Source of the DNA: Candidatus Nomurabacteria bacterium
GTDB taxonomy: Bacteria > Patescibacteriota > Minisyncoccia > Phycocordibacterales > UBA918
Direction: 5' to 3'
Assembly (NCBI GenBank): GCA_020632015.1
Contig: JACKGI010000001.1
Coordinates: 23,574 to 87,573 of the forward strand
DNA length: 64,000 nucleotides
Position numbers and translations under genes: made by a program. Positions 63,145 to 64,000 of this stretch are shown here, in pieces; position 1 is the first letter of the stretch, and each line of letters starts with the position of its first letter. The notes below the pieces were generated by a model. It was given only the letters and a program-made list of their open reading frames with translations, was not told the DNA's origin and did no database searches.

Positions 63145-64000
63145 ATGAAAACACTTACAAACAACTTAACAAAATTCCTACCATCTATTTGTGTATTGTT
63201 TGTTCTTTTGTTGGTACCAGATTTTGCTTTTGCAATGGACGGCTTTCAACAAGTCATGTGGGGGGTAGTATCTACAGTATTTGGTTCAATTGCTGGCTGG
63301 GCCGGAAAACTACTAAACCTAGGAATAAACGACTTTGTCATCGGCTTCGGTACTATGTACACCACCGGTGGAGTGGGGGCGGCCGTCGACCTAGCTTGGG
63401 TTAGTGTACGTGACATGTTCAATATCACTTTTATCTTCGGTTTGGTCTACATTGGTTTCAAAATGATTCTCAACAGCGACGACTCAAATACTAGGCGCTG
63501 GCTAATCAATCTGATTATGGCTGCTATCTTAGTTAACTTCAGCCTTTACTTCACTAAGTTTGTGGTGGACATGAGCAACATCATTGCAACAGAAGTTGCT
63601 TTGTCTGGATTCAACACTGACCCAAAGGTCACAGACCGTTCGGAAGTTTTGGTGTCTGACACCTTTGCTGACGCAATTGGTCTAGTTTCACTTTTTGGTA
63701 ATGGGGATACAGTTTCGGTCAACGGTCAGTCACAAAAAATAACAGATGTAGTTGCTGATAAGGGTGCTTGGAGCTATATATTCGGCACCATGATGTTTTT
63801 GATAGTGGCTGCTTTTGTGTTTGCGGCGGGAGGTATTTTACTCATCATTCGAGCTGTGGTTCTGTGTATCTACATGGTGCTTTCACCACTAATGTTTATT
63901 GGTTGGGTGTTCCCTCAACTACAACGCTACACCTCCGAATATTGGAGTGGTTTTTTGGGCCGAGCTTTCTTTGCCCCTCTTTACATACTTCTTCTTTATC
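63145..64000 (+). CDS. polytopic membrane protein, TrbL/VirB6-like (tentative), truncated by window end
   Basis: My own translation from the ATG at 63145 stays open to the window end (285 codons). It has a signal peptide ending FAFA followed by at least 5 hydrophobic helices (e.g. RRWLINLIMAAILVNFSLYF, WSYIFGTMMFLIVAAFVFAAGGILLIIRAVVLCIYMVL). It is absent from the ORF track because there is no stop in the window. Confidence 0.55.
   Translation, partial: MKTLTNNLTKFLPSICVLFVLLLVPDFAFAMDGFQQVMWGVVSTVFGSIAGWAGKLLNLGINDFVIGFGTMYTTGGVGAAVDLAWVSVRDMFNITFIFGLVYIGFKMILNSDDSNTRRWLINLIMAAILVNFSLYFTKFVVDMSNIIATEVALSGFNTDPKVTDRSEVLVSDTFADAIGLVSLFGNGDTVSVNGQSQKITDVVADKGAWSYIFGTMMFLIVAAFVFAAGGILLIIRAVVLCIYMVLSPLMFIGWVFPQLQRYTSEYWSGFLGRAFFAPLYILLLY

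Noticed and set aside
1-64000. A search for CRISPR arrays, IS elements or transposases, integrases next to tRNAs, restriction-modification systems, toxin-antitoxin pairs or other known defence modules.
   Set aside because: I saw no regularly spaced direct repeats and no transposase, integrase, RT or Cas-like motifs. The only recombinase is a Xer-type housekeeping enzyme. None of the four tRNAs has a duplicated 3-prime end nearby.

Overview
This is a 64-kb chromosomal window with the standard genetic code, moderately AT-rich, with compact genes and many clean rho-independent terminators. The gene content suggests a reduced-genome, CPR/Patescibacteria-like bacterium, but that is inference only. 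The supporting traits are a type IV pilus ATPase and platform with giant pseudopilins, a trigger factor lacking its PPIase domain, a membrane-anchored Clp-type ATPase, many short secreted or membrane hypotheticals, and a VirB6-like membrane protein at the edge. I call 63 protein-coding genes and 4 tRNAs (Gly-UCC, Pro-UGG, Gly-GCC, Arg-UCG). I found no rRNA, CRISPR array, transposase or recognisable defence system. Recognisable genes include pgk, tpiA, pilB, pilC, nusA, ppa, tig, clpP, rny, HU, a Nudix hydrolase, MscS, a GATase, an ECF sigma/anti-sigma pair, corA, yraN, cca, xth, a GH68/32-like enzyme, csp, a Xer recombinase, rpsO, a NYN-domain gene, pnp, comM, an M23 peptidase, pcrA/uvrD, an APH-like kinase and rsmA. 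Four signals stand out. (1) At 31.4-32.06 kb there are eight parS-like 16-mers, one a perfect TGTTCCACGTGAAACA, laid over and around yraN. They sit next to a roughly 80% A+T tract, four DnaA-box-like 9-mers and a local minus-to-plus switch in gene orientation. I read this as a candidate centromere/oriC region with no dnaA or parA nearby. The only ParB-like gene is 23 kb away (8092-9375), is orphan, and carries an unusual N-terminal Cys-rich (zinc-ribbon-like) extension. (2) At 14.55-16.6 kb there is a small accessory islet with two unknown genes. Each gene is followed by a copy of a ~70-nt two-hairpin element that shows a compensatory base-pair change between copies, and the islet has further strong hairpins. 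(3) There are several unusually long non-coding gaps: 20.9-21.4, 34.1-34.3, 35.8-36.65, 37.47-38.02 and 49.15-49.42 kb. They show nested helices and promoter- or terminator-like signals that I cannot assign to any known RNA family by eye. (4) There are several degenerate domain architectures: Clp D1 Walker motifs lost, a DksA-like protein without its Cys4 finger, and tandem M14-like paralogs with an altered HxxE motif. I ran no database searches, so all family calls rest on motifs read directly from the translations.
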